From: Arcobacter sp.
Lineage (GTDB): Bacteria > Campylobacterota > Campylobacteria > Campylobacterales > Arcobacteraceae
Direction: 5' to 3'
NCBI GenBank assembly: GCA_965662175.1
Contig: CBFIGT010000047.1
Coordinates: 1 to 16,315, forward strand
Length of the DNA stretch: 16,315 nt
How positions within the stretch are numbered: position 1 is the stretch's first letter; every line of letters starts with the position of its first letter. The notes under the pieces were generated by a model. It was given only the letters and a program-made list of their open reading frames with translations, was not told where the DNA came from and did no database searches. Both the position numbers and the translations under genes were made by a program. This document shows positions 15,182 to 16,315 of the stretch, piece after piece.

Positions 15182-16315
15182 ATGGATTTATGTACTACTG
15201 AATTAGAAAAAGAAAAAGAGATAAACTCTCATTTAATGAATTTAACAAATGACCCTATTTTAATGACAGATGGTGTAAAAATATTATATTCAAATAAAAA
15301 TCTAAAAGAAATTCTAAAAAATAATAATCTCTCTCAAGATGATAACAGTTTTTTAAACTTGAAAAAAGCTCTTATAAAAGAGGATGGTATTAGTTTAAAA
15401 GATTTAAATTTAGATGATATTATTAATAAAAATATTAAAGTCTCACTATGTAAATTAAAAAATAAAAAATCCACTTTTATTTTGAAGTGTAATTATTTAA
15501 AAAATAGCAAACAATATTTAATATATCTAAATGATGTTACTTTAGAATTAGAGTATGAAATTGACAAACATAAACTTCTTTATACAGATAGTTTAACAGC
15601 ATTACCAAATAGAATAAAGCTAATAGAAGAGCTTAAAATTGGTGAACTTGATATTAAATCATTATCAATAATCGATATTAACTCTTTTAAAGAGATTAAT
15701 GATTTTTTTGGAAATAAAATTGGAGATGAAATTTTAGTAGGAGTTGCTAAAATCATAAAAAAAGAGATACACAAGTATAAATATTTAACCCTATACAAAT
15801 TTCCAGCTGACACTTATTGTATTGTAAATTTAGATGAAGAGCAAAATAAATTTATAGAAATAATATCAAATATAGTTTCTAAAATTGATGAAAAGATTTT
15901 TACTATTGAAAATAATGAGATAAATGCAAGGGTTAGAGCAGGTATCTCATTTTCTGAAAAAAATAACAAACTAATAACCGCTGATTTAGCCTTACAATCT
16001 GCAAAAAAAGATATGAAAGATTATTTAGTATTTTATGACCAACTTGATAATATTCAAGAGTATAAAAACAATATTCAATGGACTAAAAAAATCAAATATG
16101 CCTTAGAGCATGATAATATTGTAGTATACTTTCAACCACTAATCAACAATGAAACACTAAAAGTAGAGAAATATGAGTGTTTAGTAAGAATGATTGATGA
16201 AGAAAAGATTATATCACCCTACTTTTTCTTGGATATTTCAAAAAAATCTAACCAATATAGTAAAATAACAAGAATTGTAATAGAAAAATCTTGTCAAACT
16301 TTTACAAATTTAGTT
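15182..16315 (+). CDS. Degenerate GGDEF plus EAL domain protein with PAS-like N-terminus (probable c-di-GMP phosphodiesterase); 3' end outside the window
   Basis: Open from ATG 15182 (AAGGA RBS) to the window end, 378 codons. YTDSLTALPNR, IDINSFKEINDFFGNKIGD, A-site PADTY, then YFQPL...YECLVRM...SPYFFL. Absent from the ORF track because it has no stop. Confidence 0.92.
   Translation, partial: MDLCTTELEKEKEINSHLMNLTNDPILMTDGVKILYSNKNLKEILKNNNLSQDDNSFLNLKKALIKEDGISLKDLNLDDIINKNIKVSLCKLKNKKSTFILKCNYLKNSKQYLIYLNDVTLELEYEIDKHKLLYTDSLTALPNRIKLIEELKIGELDIKSLSIIDINSFKEINDFFGNKIGDEILVGVAKIIKKEIHKYKYLTLYKFPADTYCIVNLDEEQNKFIEIISNIVSKIDEKIFTIENNEINARVRAGISFSEKNNKLITADLALQSAKKDMKDYLVFYDQLDNIQEYKNNIQWTKKIKYALEHDNIVVYFQPLINNETLKVEKYECLVRMIDEEKIISPYFFLDISKKSNQYSKITRIVIEKSCQTFTNLV

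Noticed and set aside
15580..15813. 77-aa minus-strand ORF
   Set aside because: Antisense to the GGDEF domain of the real + strand gene starting at 15182.
1..16315. CRISPR arrays, tRNA/rRNA, IS elements, poly-G phase-variation tracts, defence genes
   Set aside because: Intergenic gaps are all under 200 nt, with no repeat-spacer pattern, GC-rich structured RNA, transposase or long G/C tract seen.

Overview
AT-rich chromosomal window whose gene content, tight gene packing and AAGGA ribosome-binding sites suggest Campylobacterota, most likely Arcobacteraceae (inference). Left to right: (1) a possibly degraded gene tail at 1-135; (2) a minus-strand class III (anaerobic) ribonucleotide reductase operon in which NrdD is split into a 702-aa large subunit lacking the glycyl-radical loop, a 54-aa ORF at 796-960 (missing from the ORF track) that carries the RVMGY glycyl-radical motif, and nrdG; (3) a divergent, translationally coupled argF-hemN-GlcF-like Fe-S protein-lgt operon; (4) a convergent four-gene signalling cluster behind a perfect sigma70 consensus promoter (atypical OmpR-family regulator, 63-aa hypothetical protein, FCS/treble-clef zinc-finger protein, REC-PAS-coiled-coil protein); (5) polA, then divergently a cytoplasmic PAS-PAS histidine kinase, kdsB, and a degenerate-GGDEF/EAL protein cut off by the window edge. 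No RNA genes, CRISPR arrays, IS elements or inteins were seen. The most notable signals are the separately encoded glycyl-radical microprotein, a palindrome/11-bp direct-repeat operator upstream of nrdD, and the uncharacterised signalling operon, which shares an Aer/NifL-type PAS domain with the kinase on the other side of polA.
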